From NCBI GenBank assembly GCA_039801885.1, contig JBDRVN010000020.1, positions 1-28,401 on the forward strand: a stretch of DNA of 28,401 nt, in the 5' to 3' direction. This DNA comes from a candidate division WOR-3 bacterium (GTDB lineage Bacteria > Hydrothermota > Tepidihabitantia > Tepidihabitantales > DTDR01). A program made the position numbers and the translations under genes. Every line of letters begins with the position of its first letter. The stretch's first letter is position 1. This document shows, one piece after another, positions 1 through 9,707 of the stretch. The notes under the pieces were generated by a model, which saw only the letters and a list, made by a program, of their open reading frames with translations, ran no database searches and was not told the DNA's origin.

Positions 1-33
1 CAAAGCCTTCTTTTTAATCAAATTCCTCTTCAT
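1..33 (-). CDS. 5' end of a gene running off the window (MKRNLIKKKAL...)
   Basis: Minus-strand ATG at 33 preceded by the SD-like GGGGGAG; the frame is open to the window edge; an ECF-like promoter lies upstream. Product cannot be determined. Confidence 0.55.
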   Translation of the reverse strand, partial: MKRNLIKKKAL

Positions 34-64
34 AACTCCCCCTTTTTATTTTCCTTTTATATCT

Positions 65-94
65 ATAACGGATAAGAAGCCAAAAAGGTTACCA
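65..94 (-). promoter_or_regulatory. Putative ECF-sigma promoter (TGGTAAC-N17-CGTTAT)
   Basis: AAC -35 and CGT -10 cores typical of ECF promoters; a closely similar motif recurs at 26668-26697. Confidence 0.5.
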
Positions 95-177
95 CCTTTT
101 TTATCTAATCTTGGGACAGATTGCGACATCTTTTTATTTTCTTGATTTTTAATAAATTTTTATTTTAATTATATCTT

Positions 178-927
178 GTGGTTAGCAAGGTAAAGGTTTT
201 GATAATTTTTAGTAGCGGCACAAATTGTGACGAAGAGACTGAATATGCCTTTCAAAAAGTTGGTGCCGAAGTTTCTAAATGGCATATCAATTATCTCAAA
301 AGAAATAAGAACTTATTGAAGGAATTTCATATTTTATGTCTGCCTGGTGGTTTTACTTATGGTGATTATATCTCGGCTGGTAAAATCTTAGCCAATGAAC
401 TTAAATACCATTTTCAAGAAGAGATTAATAGTTTCATTAAAGAAGGTAAGTTGATAATTGGTATTTGTAATGGCTTCCAAATTTTATGTAAGGCAGGTCT
501 TTTGCCAGGTTTTTTTGATTATTTTTCGCCTCCAAAAGTTACTTTAACTTTTAATGATTCCCAAAAATTTGAATGTCGCTGGGTTTCCTTAAAAGTGAAT
601 TATAACTCTCCTACTCCTTTTATCAAAGATTTAGATGAGGTTATTGAACTACCGATTGCCCATGCCGAAGGTAAGTTTTTTACGGACAACCAAGAAGTTT
701 TAAAAATATTGAAAGAGAATAATCAAATTGCCTTAACTTATATTGATAATCCTAATGGTTCAATAGAGAATATTGCGGGAATTTGTGATTTTACCGGTAG
801 AATTTTTGGACTTATGCCCCATCCCGAAAGATTTATCTTTTCTTTACATCATCCATTAAGAAAAAATAGGGTTTTTGGTTTAAAGTTTTTTTTAAATGCC
901 TTTGAATATGCCAAAAGAGAATTATAA
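178..927 (+). CDS. purQ: Phosphoribosylformylglycinamidine synthase subunit PurQ (glutaminase)
   Basis: Motifs GTNCD, LPGGFTYGD, GICNGFQ (catalytic Cys), PIAHAEG, NPNGS and GLMPHPER (His/Glu); GTG start. Confidence 0.97.
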   Translation: MVSKVKVLIIFSSGTNCDEETEYAFQKVGAEVSKWHINYLKRNKNLLKEFHILCLPGGFTYGDYISAGKILANELKYHFQEEINSFIKEGKLIIGICNGFQILCKAGLLPGFFDYFSPPKVTLTFNDSQKFECRWVSLKVNYNSPTPFIKDLDEVIELPIAHAEGKFFTDNQEVLKILKENNQIALTYIDNPNGSIENIAGICDFTGRIFGLMPHPERFIFSLHHPLRKNRVFGLKFFLNAFEYAKREL

Positions 928-1213
928 TCCAAGAATTTTTGAACACCCAATTTTGAAGTTTGAGAAGAAAAAGTTGGTTAAGTTTTATTTTGAAGGAAAG
1001 GAGTATTATGGTTATGAAGATGAGCCAATTGCCGCTGCCTTAATTGCCAATGGAATAAAGGTTTTTCATATTACAAAAGAGAAGAAAAGAAAAAGGGGAT
1101 TTTTCTGTGCGATTGGTCGTTGTTCTTCTTGTCTGATGAAAGTTGATGGCAAAAAGAATGTGATGGTTTGTATCACAAAATTAAAAGAGGGAATGAGAAT
1201 TGAGCGCCAATGA
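908..1213 (+). CDS. 2Fe-2S iron-sulfur protein (sarcosine oxidase/proline dehydrogenase alpha N-terminal-like)
   Basis: IAAALIANG and RGFFCAIGRCSSCLMKVDG...VMVC four-Cys motif; alternative ATG at 896. Confidence 0.85.
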   Translation: MPKENYNPRIFEHPILKFEKKKLVKFYFEGKEYYGYEDEPIAAALIANGIKVFHITKEKKRKRGFFCAIGRCSSCLMKVDGKKNVMVCITKLKEGMRIERQ

Positions 1214-2303
1214 TTTAGAAAGAAAGATTGTAGTAATTGGTGCTGGACCGGCCGGTGCCAAAGCAGCGATGGCGATTGCCGATTTAGGTAGCAATGTCCT
1301 TTTGATTGATGAAAATCCCTATGTTGGTGGCCAATTAGTAAAACAAACCCATAAATTCTTTGGCTCGAAAGATTTATACTGTGGCTTAAGGGGATTTGAG
1401 ATTGCCAAGATTTTTGAAGAAGAGATTAAAAAGAGAAATAATATTGAACTTCTCTTAAATAGTTGCGCAGTCGGTTTATATTTAGAGGACAATAAGAAGG
1501 TTATTGCCGTGGTGAACGAAGAGAAGTTAATCAAGGTGATTAGTGATGTATTAATTCTTGCTACTGGTGCCTATGAGAATTTTCTTTTGTTTGAGAATAA
1601 TGACCTGCCAGGTGTTTATGGTGCTGGTGCGGTTCAGACCTTGGTAAATCAATATGGAGTAAGACCAGGAAAAAGATGTCTAATGGTTGGCAGTGGTAAT
1701 ATCGGCTTGATTGTTGCCTATCAATTATTACAGGCAGATATTGAAGTGGCAGCAGTGATTGAGATTTTACCAAAGGTAACTGGCTGGTATGTCCATTATG
1801 CGAAATTAAAAAGGTGTGGCGTGCCGATTTTGACTTCCCATACTATTGTCAAGGCAATTGGGAAAGATTATGTAGAAGGAGCAGTGATTGCCAAAGTAAA
1901 TAAAAATTTTAAGATAATAAAAGGGAGTGAAAAGAGATTAAAAGTTGATTTTATCTGTTTAGCGGTTGGCTTAACCCCTTTTGTTGATCTGCTCTGGCAG
2001 ATTAATGGGCAACTTAAATATATTCCGGAACTGGGTGGCTTTGTTCCCTATTATGATGAGAATTATGAAACTTCTATTCCCAATATTTTTGTTTGTGGTG
2101 ATGTGAGTGGTATTGAAGAAGCCTCAACCGCTATGTTGGAAGGTGAAATCGCCGGTATCTCAGCCTACGAAAAAATTTATGGCGAAACAAAAGAGACAAA
2201 GGAACTAAAAGAAAAAAAGAAAAAAGAACTTTTAAATTTAAGAAAAGGTCCGCACAGCAAAAAAATATTAGTTGGTTTAAAGAAATTAAGAAATGATAGT
2301 TGA
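1200..2303 (+). CDS. FAD/NAD(P)-dependent oxidoreductase (proline dehydrogenase alpha / HcnB / OoxA-like)
   Basis: VIGAGPAG FAD motif, GGQLVKQTHKFFG, ILATGA, NDLPGVYGAGAVQTL, VGSGNIG and CGDVSGIEEA; TTG start overlapping the 2Fe-2S gene. Confidence 0.85.
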   Translation: MSANDLERKIVVIGAGPAGAKAAMAIADLGSNVLLIDENPYVGGQLVKQTHKFFGSKDLYCGLRGFEIAKIFEEEIKKRNNIELLLNSCAVGLYLEDNKKVIAVVNEEKLIKVISDVLILATGAYENFLLFENNDLPGVYGAGAVQTLVNQYGVRPGKRCLMVGSGNIGLIVAYQLLQADIEVAAVIEILPKVTGWYVHYAKLKRCGVPILTSHTIVKAIGKDYVEGAVIAKVNKNFKIIKGSEKRLKVDFICLAVGLTPFVDLLWQINGQLKYIPELGGFVPYYDENYETSIPNIFVCGDVSGIEEASTAMLEGEIAGISAYEKIYGETKETKELKEKKKKELLNLRKGPHSKKILVGLKKLRNDS

Positions 2304-2823
2304 CACAATAATCATTGTCCCCTTTCTTTTAATCGATACCAATCTTCTAAACTATTTACAAAAAGAACTTTCTAAAACCTTTGAAATACCAGTAATTATT
2401 GAAAAGGAAATTTCTTTACCGAAATCGGGTTATTCTAAAAAAAGGAGACAATATGACGGCAATTACTTTATTAGCGAGTTAAGAAAAAGGGGGTATGAAA
2501 ATAAGATAGTTTTAGGAATTTGCGATGTGGATTTATATGTAGAAGGGTTAAATTTTATATTTGGCTTGGCATCACTCTTAGAAAAAAAGGCGGTAGTTTC
2601 TTTAGTCCGATTAAGAGAAGAATTTTATAACCAGCCAAAAAATGAATCGCTATTTTTTATAAGAAGTTTAAAAGAGGCAACCCACGAAATCGGTCATCTC
2701 TTCTATTTAGAACATTGTAAGAATCCCAAATGTGTTATGTTCTTTTCCAATTCAATTCTTGATACTGATAGAAAAAGCCCTAATTTTTGTCCTTTTTGCC
2801 TAAAAAAGTTAAAAGGAAGATAG
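2293..2823 (+). CDS. Archaemetzincin-family Zn metalloprotease (M54)
   Basis: RRQY, DLY...NFIFGLA, HEIGHLFYLEHC zinc motif followed by CVMFFSNS...DRK...FCPFC Cys4 site. Confidence 0.9.
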   Translation: MIVDTIIIVPFLLIDTNLLNYLQKELSKTFEIPVIIEKEISLPKSGYSKKRRQYDGNYFISELRKRGYENKIVLGICDVDLYVEGLNFIFGLASLLEKKAVVSLVRLREEFYNQPKNESLFFIRSLKEATHEIGHLFYLEHCKNPKCVMFFSNSILDTDRKSPNFCPFCLKKLKGR

Positions 2824-4963
2824 CAAAACCAATTGTTATAAGAGAGAGAATTAAACCAATTAAAATATTTTTCTTATTATAATAAAATCTTACAAGATGC
2901 CTTCCTTCTTTTACTGGCACTGCCCTTAAAAGATAATTTGCCTCATATATTTCCTCTTTTTTATTATCAACCTTTACTTCCCATTCGGGATAATAGATTT
3001 CCGAAAGTAAAAGGATTGCCGGATAATTGGTTTCCAATTCGATAACTATCTCATCGATATCGTATTTAATAATTTTTAGAAAGTTATCTATTTTATCTTT
3101 TTCGCTAATCTTATTGAAATTAGGAATATCTTTTTTCAATATTATTTTATTATAAATATCAAAGGTATCAGAATTTAACAAATCCAAAATCTCTTTTTCA
3201 TCATTAACAACTATATAATCATAATAAAGTCTTGCCCTTTCCAAATAACTTTCATTTTTTATTAGTTCTGTTCTTCCTTGGTCAACTTTAATTTTATATT
3301 TTACATTTAAAAGTTCATTACGTCGCTCCCGATTAATATGAAAACTTGAGAAATTAGCCAGATTTAAAGGAGTATAACCTTCTAACATTTCTAATTTCCA
3401 TAAACAACCTTCGTTTCTTTTCAATATCATATAACTATCTATTCGGGAATTTATCCTAAAAAATTCTTTTTCTCTTTCGTATTGAAGTTGCCTAACCAAG
3501 GTAGTATAGGGATAATAATCTTCATCGCTAATTGGTGATTTGCTAAATTTAGTTCCGAAGATAAATAAATCAAGATAAATTATCAAACCAATAATTATCA
3601 AATAAACAGTTATCTTCTTTGTTTTAAAGAAGAAAATAAAAATTGTGAGGATTAAAAAGAAAAGATAGATAAAAAATTGGTTTTCGCTATTCTTATAAAA
3701 CCTTTCGGGAATCTTTCCTTTAAATACTAAAAAGAGAACTACTGAGATTATTAGAAAGATAATTAGAAATTTATAAAAACCCTTTTTCTCTTTATCTTTT
3801 AATAAAAAGGCTTCAATTCCCAAGGTAGATAAGATTATCATATTAAAAGTATAAATTGCTAAAAACCGAGAAGGAAAACGGAACTGCTTTAAACCTGGTA
3901 GGATATTAAAAAGTAAATTATATAAGAAAAAGTTTTTACCCAAAGCAAATAAAAGGGCAATAATTGCTGGAATAAAAAAGAGATATTTCTCTTTTCTTTT
4001 AGAATAGATTAAACCATAAAGAGCAAAAAAGAAAGGAAGAACTCCGAAATAAATTCCTGCCTCCCAATAATAATGACCAAATTGATAAAGCCAATAAGGT
4101 ATGGAATCACTCATTTCACCACTAACACTGCCAAAAAACTTGGGAATGAAGATATTAATCAATTGTAAAAAAGATAAAGAGCCATCACTGGCTTCTTCAA
4201 AAGTCAATTTTTTTCTAACGGTAAAAGGAAGATATTTATAACTGGGATAAAACTGAACCACTGCGATTCCCAAACCAACCAAAAAGAAGATAAAAAGATT
4301 AATAAATTGAAAGCGATTAAATTTTTTATTGATAATAATATTTAAAAGGAAATAAGAAAGAAGATTATAGATTAAAAATAATGAGAATTGTGGGTAGCCC
4401 GCCAAAAAAGAGAGACCAAAGATAATTCCCCCATAAATAGCATTCTTACTAATCTTATCTTCTTTTAAGAATTTAAAGAAAAAATAGCTGATAATTGGAA
4501 AATAGGTAAAAACTGCCAATGGACCAAGTTGAATCGTCCTTAATGTCACAAAGGAACAGAAGGTTAAAATTAAGGAACCAATAAAAGAAAGCTTCTCATC
4601 AAGTTTTAAACTCTTTAAGAAGATAAAAGAAAAAAGAAAGAGAAGAAAGATATGAAAAATTACAATCAACTCTACTTGATAATAGGTTAAACTTTTAAAG
4701 CCGTTAAGAAAAAGAAAGAAATAATTTAAAGGATAAAAAACCTGCGATTGGATATCATTTAAAAAAGGCATACCAGAAAAAACATAGGGGTTCCAAACCG
4801 GTAATTTAAAATTCTTCACACTTTCTTTCAAATAAGTCAAAAAGGGATACCATTGATATAAAATATCATCCCACAAATATTTTTCTTTAAAGATAATTTC
4901 TTTATAGAAAAGAATAATTAAAATAATAATTATTAAAAGATAAATTGATTTTCTTTTTTTCAT
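2780..4963 (-). CDS. YfhO-family polytopic membrane glycosyltransferase (GT-C)
   Basis: Many TM segments; PVWNPYVFSGMPF...FYP N-terminal motif, FRFPSRF, and C-terminal LSEIYYPEW...ANYLLRAVPVKEGRHLVRFYY typical of YfhO. Confidence 0.85.
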   Translation of the reverse strand: MKKRKSIYLLIIIILIILFYKEIIFKEKYLWDDILYQWYPFLTYLKESVKNFKLPVWNPYVFSGMPFLNDIQSQVFYPLNYFFLFLNGFKSLTYYQVELIVIFHIFLLFLFSFIFLKSLKLDEKLSFIGSLILTFCSFVTLRTIQLGPLAVFTYFPIISYFFFKFLKEDKISKNAIYGGIIFGLSFLAGYPQFSLFLIYNLLSYFLLNIIINKKFNRFQFINLFIFFLVGLGIAVVQFYPSYKYLPFTVRKKLTFEEASDGSLSFLQLINIFIPKFFGSVSGEMSDSIPYWLYQFGHYYWEAGIYFGVLPFFFALYGLIYSKRKEKYLFFIPAIIALLFALGKNFFLYNLLFNILPGLKQFRFPSRFLAIYTFNMIILSTLGIEAFLLKDKEKKGFYKFLIIFLIISVVLFLVFKGKIPERFYKNSENQFFIYLFFLILTIFIFFFKTKKITVYLIIIGLIIYLDLFIFGTKFSKSPISDEDYYPYTTLVRQLQYEREKEFFRINSRIDSYMILKRNEGCLWKLEMLEGYTPLNLANFSSFHINRERRNELLNVKYKIKVDQGRTELIKNESYLERARLYYDYIVVNDEKEILDLLNSDTFDIYNKIILKKDIPNFNKISEKDKIDNFLKIIKYDIDEIVIELETNYPAILLLSEIYYPEWEVKVDNKKEEIYEANYLLRAVPVKEGRHLVRFYYNKKNILIGLILSLITIGFAIFLLTFLGKKDKN

Positions 4964-4967
4964 TTCA

Positions 4968-5900
4968 TTAGATATTATGGGTCTCTTTTACAACATATTG
5001 GGGTCTTCTTTTCAATTCAAAATGGATTCTTAAAAGATATTCACCAACAATTGATAAAGAGATAAAAAGAACACTTAAAAAGAAACAAGAGAGTGTAAAA
5101 ATTAAAATTAACTTATTTTTACCAATAAGAAAAATAATAAAAAGAATAAAAGTTAAGAAAATAAAAAATAAGGAAAAGAGTTGAATTAATCTAATTGGCA
5201 AACTGGTAAAATTAATTAAACCATCAATCGCCAGCGATGCCAATTTAAAAAAGGATTTACTTTTACCGCCTTTTCTTTCCGGTCTTTCACTTTCAATTCC
5301 AATTTGCGAAAAACCAACATAGGCAAAGAGACCAGGCAGAAATTTTTTCTCTTCTTGAAGATTTCTTAATGCCCAAATTACTTTTTTATCAACCAGACGA
5401 AAGAGTCCAACATTTGGTGGGATATTAATATTAGAAAATCGGGTAAGTAAAAAATAAAAAATCTTCATTCCCAAAACTTTCCAGAAAGGTTCGCCCAATC
5501 TTTTTTTTCTTATATGATAAACAATATCATAACCCTTCTGCCAATAACCCACAAAATCTTTAATTAAACTGGGTGAGTCCTGCATATCGGCATCCATTAT
5601 CACTACACCATCCTTTTTACAATATTCCAAACCACAACTTACTGCTGCCTGCTGACCAAAATTTCTTGCCAATCTAATTATTTTTACCCGTTCATCTTGT
5701 TGGGCAAATTTCTTCAAAATTAAATAAGAACTATCGATACTACCATCATCAACATAAATAATCTCATAATCCATATTCAAAGAATCTAAAACCTTTTTTA
5801 ACTCTTCGTGCAATAAATTTAAAACCTTCTCTTCGTTATAAACAGGAATAACAACGGATAAAGAATTTCTATTATTACTTTTATTACTGGGTAATAACAT
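4968..5900 (-). CDS. GT2 polyprenol-phosphate glycosyltransferase (GtrB/CsbB-like)
   Basis: SVVIPVYNEE, VDDGSID, RNFGQQAA, MDADMQD, two C-terminal TM helices and GEY...RPQY. Confidence 0.9.
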   Translation of the reverse strand: MLLPSNKSNNRNSLSVVIPVYNEEKVLNLLHEELKKVLDSLNMDYEIIYVDDGSIDSSYLILKKFAQQDERVKIIRLARNFGQQAAVSCGLEYCKKDGVVIMDADMQDSPSLIKDFVGYWQKGYDIVYHIRKKRLGEPFWKVLGMKIFYFLLTRFSNINIPPNVGLFRLVDKKVIWALRNLQEEKKFLPGLFAYVGFSQIGIESERPERKGGKSKSFFKLASLAIDGLINFTSLPIRLIQLFSLFFIFLTFILFIIFLIGKNKLILIFTLSCFFLSVLFISLSIVGEYLLRIHFELKRRPQYVVKETHNI

Positions 5901-5902
5901 TT

Positions 5903-7183
5903 TTAATCCTTAAAGATTATATCTTCTCTTTTCTCACCCGTCGAGACTGCCCAGATTTCACAACCGGTCAATCTCTCAACTGTCTCTAAAAATTCCAAAA
6001 CTTCCTTATCTAAATCTTTATAATTTTTGACCTTACTAAAATCTTGGTTAAAAGGTTTTAAGGTTAAATATTTTGGTCTTAAATGATAAGCCAATTCCGG
6101 TACAAATTCATCAATCTCTTTTTCTTGATAAGTATAACCATTGGCAATTTTCAATTCTTTCAAACCGGAAAGAATATCAATCTTAGTAATAATCAACCTC
6201 TCAAATCCATTAATCCTTTTTGCATATCTAATAATTCCACAATCAAACCAACCGCATCTCCTTTTCCTACCGGTAGTTGCTCCAAATTCCTTTCCTTTCT
6301 CTTGCAAACATTTACCAATTTCATCGGTCAATTCGGTAGGAAAAGGACCTTCGCCAACTCTCGTTGTATAAGCTTTGGCAACACCACAAACTTCATCAAT
6401 TAAATTATAAGGAATACCTACCTGACCACAGATACTACCAGCAATTGTCTGCGAACTTGTCACATAGGGATAAGTTCCAAAATTTATATCTAACAAAGTT
6501 CCTTGGGCACCTTCAAAAATTATCTTTTTCCCTTTTTTTAACTCATAATAAACCTCTTTCGCGACATCAGTAATTAAAGAAAGAAAAAAATCTCTATTTT
6601 CTTCTATAAAATCTGAATATTCTTTTTCCGAAAGAGGAGAGCTTTCATATATTTCCATTAAAAGATAATTTTTTCTTAAAAACTCTTGCTTTAATTTCTC
6701 AGAAAATAGATTAAAATCTTTCAAATCACCAATTCTAATTCCCACTCTTTGATACTTATCCTCATAAGAAGGACCAATCCCTTTTTGGGTAGTACCAATT
6801 TTTATTCCTTTTTTTATTTCCTCCCTTTTTTTATCTATCTCTTTATGAAAAGGAAATATCAAATGACAACGGTAATCAATAAAAAATCGATTTTTAATAT
6901 CAACCCCTAAATTTTCTAATTCTTGAATCTCCTTTTTTAGCACTTCTAAATCAATTACACAACCACTGGCAATATAACCTTTTAAGTGGGAATGAATGAG
7001 GCCACTGGGTAATTGGTGAAAAATTATTTTTTTATTGTTAAAAACAACTGTGTGCCCAGCATTTGGTCCGCCTTGAAAACGGACACAGCCATCCGCATAC
7101 TGACAAAAAAAATCAACAACCTTACCTTTTCCTTCGTCACCCCATTGAGCACCAATAATTGCTAAACTTCTGCCTTTTATCAT
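5903..7183 (-). CDS. purA: Adenylosuccinate synthetase
   Basis: GAQWGDEGKGK, QGGPNAGHT, IGTTQKGIGP, EGAQG...GTYPYVTSS and EFGATTGRKRRCGW. ATG 7183 is preferred to TTG 7192, which abuts the -10 box. Confidence 0.98.
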   Translation of the reverse strand: MIKGRSLAIIGAQWGDEGKGKVVDFFCQYADGCVRFQGGPNAGHTVVFNNKKIIFHQLPSGLIHSHLKGYIASGCVIDLEVLKKEIQELENLGVDIKNRFFIDYRCHLIFPFHKEIDKKREEIKKGIKIGTTQKGIGPSYEDKYQRVGIRIGDLKDFNLFSEKLKQEFLRKNYLLMEIYESSPLSEKEYSDFIEENRDFFLSLITDVAKEVYYELKKGKKIIFEGAQGTLLDINFGTYPYVTSSQTIAGSICGQVGIPYNLIDEVCGVAKAYTTRVGEGPFPTELTDEIGKCLQEKGKEFGATTGRKRRCGWFDCGIIRYAKRINGFERLIITKIDILSGLKELKIANGYTYQEKEIDEFVPELAYHLRPKYLTLKPFNQDFSKVKNYKDLDKEVLEFLETVERLTGCEIWAVSTGEKREDIIFKD

Positions 7184-7193
7184 TAATTTCAAT

Positions 7194-7222
7194 ATTTTAT
7201 CAAAAATCCTTTTCTATGTCAA
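7194..7222 (-). promoter_or_regulatory. sigma70-type promoter of purA
   Basis: TTGACA (7222-7217), 17-bp spacer, extended TGn-TAAAAT (7199-7194); ATG 10 nt downstream. Confidence 0.65.
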
Positions 7223-7290
7223 GAATTAGGATTGAAAAAAAGAAGATAATTATCACTATAAAATAATTAACTTAGGGATATTAAGAACTT

Positions 7291-8724
7291 TTAAAATATT
7301 ATGGTTATTTTATTTTCTTCTTTTTTTAGAATTTGGAATTTCAAATTATGGGAAGCACAAGCCAGACAAGGGTCATAAGCACGGAAAAACATCTCTATTT
7401 GGTTTAATAATTTCTCATCTTCTTTATCTAAATATTCCTCTACGGAAAGGGCACCAATTTTTAAACTGATATTTAAAGCACCGTTATTATTTGTTGTTGC
7501 CACTATCAAATTTACTTTTTCAATCATTCCTTCTTCATTTAAGAAATAATGATGAATTAAAGTACCTCGGGCTGCTTCTACAATTCCCACACCATCTTTT
7601 GGTTTTTTTAAATCAAAATTCCTTATTTCCTCGTAACCAATAATATCTTTATCCGAAGATAATTCTAACGCCCTTTCGGAAGCATAAAGAAGCTCTATTA
7701 ACCTTGCCCAATGATAGGCAAAGATATTATTTACCGGTTTTTTATTGTAGGTTTTATAAAAATTCTCAAACTCTTTTTGGGCTTCCTTTGTCTTTAAACT
7801 CTCTGAGACATTCAACCGAGCAAGCGGACCGACTCGATAAAGTCCGTTATCTTTTAAAGGTATCAATCCTTTGAAACCGATATTTTTCAAATAAGGAAAT
7901 TTCACAAAGGACCATTCATAAACATATTCACCAATATAATTGAGATATTCTTTTGGTTCAAATAAAGCGTATTCGGAATTATCCGGTGCTGTTACCCTTA
8001 CCTTTCCATCATAAAAATTTAAACATTTATCATCGTCAACTAACCCCATATTATATACTTCCAAATCAAAATTCTTATTGAAAAATAAATCTTGGTAATT
8101 CTCTAAGATATTTTTCTTAAAGATTTCTAATGTAAAAAGGGAAAATTGAACACAACTTTTCGCCATTTCTTCTATCTCTTTTCTCTCTTCTTCACTTATT
8201 CCTTTTGTTACTCCACCCGGAATACCACAAACCGGATGGGTTGCCTTGCCACCAATAATTTCAGTAATTTTCTGACCATACGCCCGGTGTTTAATTACTT
8301 CCATCCCTACTTGTTCACCATACTTCTCGATTACACCAATAATATTCCTCTTCTCTTTTGGGGCATCTTTACCAACCAAAAAATCCGGACCACCAAGAAA
8401 ATAGAAATGCAAAATATGGTCATAAATGATATAACCACAATACATCAACTCTCTTAATTTTTTTGCCTTAATTGGTACTTCGCAATTATAAGCACTATCT
8501 AATGCCTTCGTAGCCGCAAAATGATGAGCAACCGGACAAACACCACAAATCCGCGAAGTCAATTGAGGCATATCCTCACCTTTTCTACCTTCACAGAATT
8601 TTTCAAATCCCCGAAATTCTGGTACCTGTAAAAAGACATCTTTTACCTTACCCTTTTCTAAGAATATTTCTATTTTTCCATGACCTTCTAAACGGGTAAT
8701 TGGATCTATTGAAATCTTTTTCAT
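7291..8724 (-). CDS. mvhA: [NiFe]-hydrogenase large subunit, group 3c (MvhA-like)
   Basis: PITRLEGH, RGFE, L1 motif RICGVCPVAH, EAARGTLIH, and L2 motif YDPCLACASH with a C-terminal extension; SD AAGGAG. Confidence 0.9.
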   Translation of the reverse strand: MKKISIDPITRLEGHGKIEIFLEKGKVKDVFLQVPEFRGFEKFCEGRKGEDMPQLTSRICGVCPVAHHFAATKALDSAYNCEVPIKAKKLRELMYCGYIIYDHILHFYFLGGPDFLVGKDAPKEKRNIIGVIEKYGEQVGMEVIKHRAYGQKITEIIGGKATHPVCGIPGGVTKGISEEERKEIEEMAKSCVQFSLFTLEIFKKNILENYQDLFFNKNFDLEVYNMGLVDDDKCLNFYDGKVRVTAPDNSEYALFEPKEYLNYIGEYVYEWSFVKFPYLKNIGFKGLIPLKDNGLYRVGPLARLNVSESLKTKEAQKEFENFYKTYNKKPVNNIFAYHWARLIELLYASERALELSSDKDIIGYEEIRNFDLKKPKDGVGIVEAARGTLIHHYFLNEEGMIEKVNLIVATTNNNGALNISLKIGALSVEEYLDKEDEKLLNQIEMFFRAYDPCLACASHNLKFQILKKEENKITIIF

Positions 8725-9701
8725 CCTTCTCTCCTTTTGTTAAGAATTGCTTTTGCTAAACTGTACATATAGAAAGTTCCTATTGGGTCTTTTATTTTTT
8801 TTATCTCTTCTTCTAATATTTTATAAAATTCTTCGTAGTTTTTCTTTTCTTCATCTAGTAAAAGAATAGAAGTTAAAGCACTAATCATCTTTGCGCCTTG
8901 GTCAGAAACTTCTGGTGTCGGTCCCATACAACCGGTACAGGGCCAATTAGCATTGATACAAAGATTTTTACAACCACTTCTTGTTGCCGGTCCTAAACAG
9001 ATAATTCCTTGCTCTAAAAAACAAGTATTCGGGTCAGGCTGAATTTCTATCATTCTTTTTATTTTTGGCATCTTTTTAGGAAAAGTTTTATTTCTTTCAC
9101 AAGTATCACATAAAGATTTTGTTGGAGCCAAATAGGTTTTTTTGGGTATATTTTCATTAGCAAAAATCTTTTCCATAGCATTAATAATTAAACCAGTCGG
9201 CGGTGGACAACCCGGAAGATAGTAATCAACTTCACAAATTTCATCCAGGGGGAAAACTTGAGAATAAAACTCTGGTAATTCCATTTTTTCGCTGTTATAA
9301 GAGATTTCCTTTTGGGGCAAAACTTTTTTAGGATTATCAGTTGATTCGGTTTCAATAAATCCCCTTTTCAAAATATCTTCTCTGCGATATAAATTTGCCA
9401 AACCTGGAATACATCCTTCTACGGCACAGGAACCAAAAGCAACCAACACTCTTGATTTCTTTCTTAAAAGTTTTGCCAAATGCTCCTGTTCAGAATTTCT
9501 TATTGAGCCGTTAAAAAAGCAGAAATCAAAATACTCGTCAGGCAAATTTTCTACATCTTTATATTTGGTATCAACTGCTACCGGCCAGAAAAGAATATCC
9601 GCATTTTTAATCACATCCAAAATTTTTTCATTTATATCTAATACGGCAATTTCGCAACCTCCACAAGAGGCGGCCCAATAAAAAGCAAACTTTTTTTTCA
9701 T
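8721..9701 (-). CDS. mvhG: [NiFe]-hydrogenase small subunit (MvhG-like)
   Basis: SCGGC, FGSCA, LPGCPP, LCDTC and CFLEQGIICLGPATRSGC...CINANWPCTGC Fe-S motifs; no Tat signal; ATGA overlap with mvhA. Confidence 0.88.
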   Translation of the reverse strand: MKKKFAFYWAASCGGCEIAVLDINEKILDVIKNADILFWPVAVDTKYKDVENLPDEYFDFCFFNGSIRNSEQEHLAKLLRKKSRVLVAFGSCAVEGCIPGLANLYRREDILKRGFIETESTDNPKKVLPQKEISYNSEKMELPEFYSQVFPLDEICEVDYYLPGCPPPTGLIINAMEKIFANENIPKKTYLAPTKSLCDTCERNKTFPKKMPKIKRMIEIQPDPNTCFLEQGIICLGPATRSGCKNLCINANWPCTGCMGPTPEVSDQGAKMISALTSILLLDEEKKNYEEFYKILEEEIKKIKDPIGTFYMYSLAKAILNKRREG

Positions 9702-9707
9702 AGAAAA

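Noticed and set aside
2780..2823. 44-bp convergent overlap of archaemetzincin and YfhO as antisense regulation
   Set aside because: Short tail-to-tail overlaps are common in compact genomes (also 14314-14317); nothing specific supports regulation.
7340..7380. Selenocysteine ([NiFeSe]) hydrogenase
   Set aside because: The L2 motif is DPCLAC with ordinary Cys codons and no in-frame TGA.
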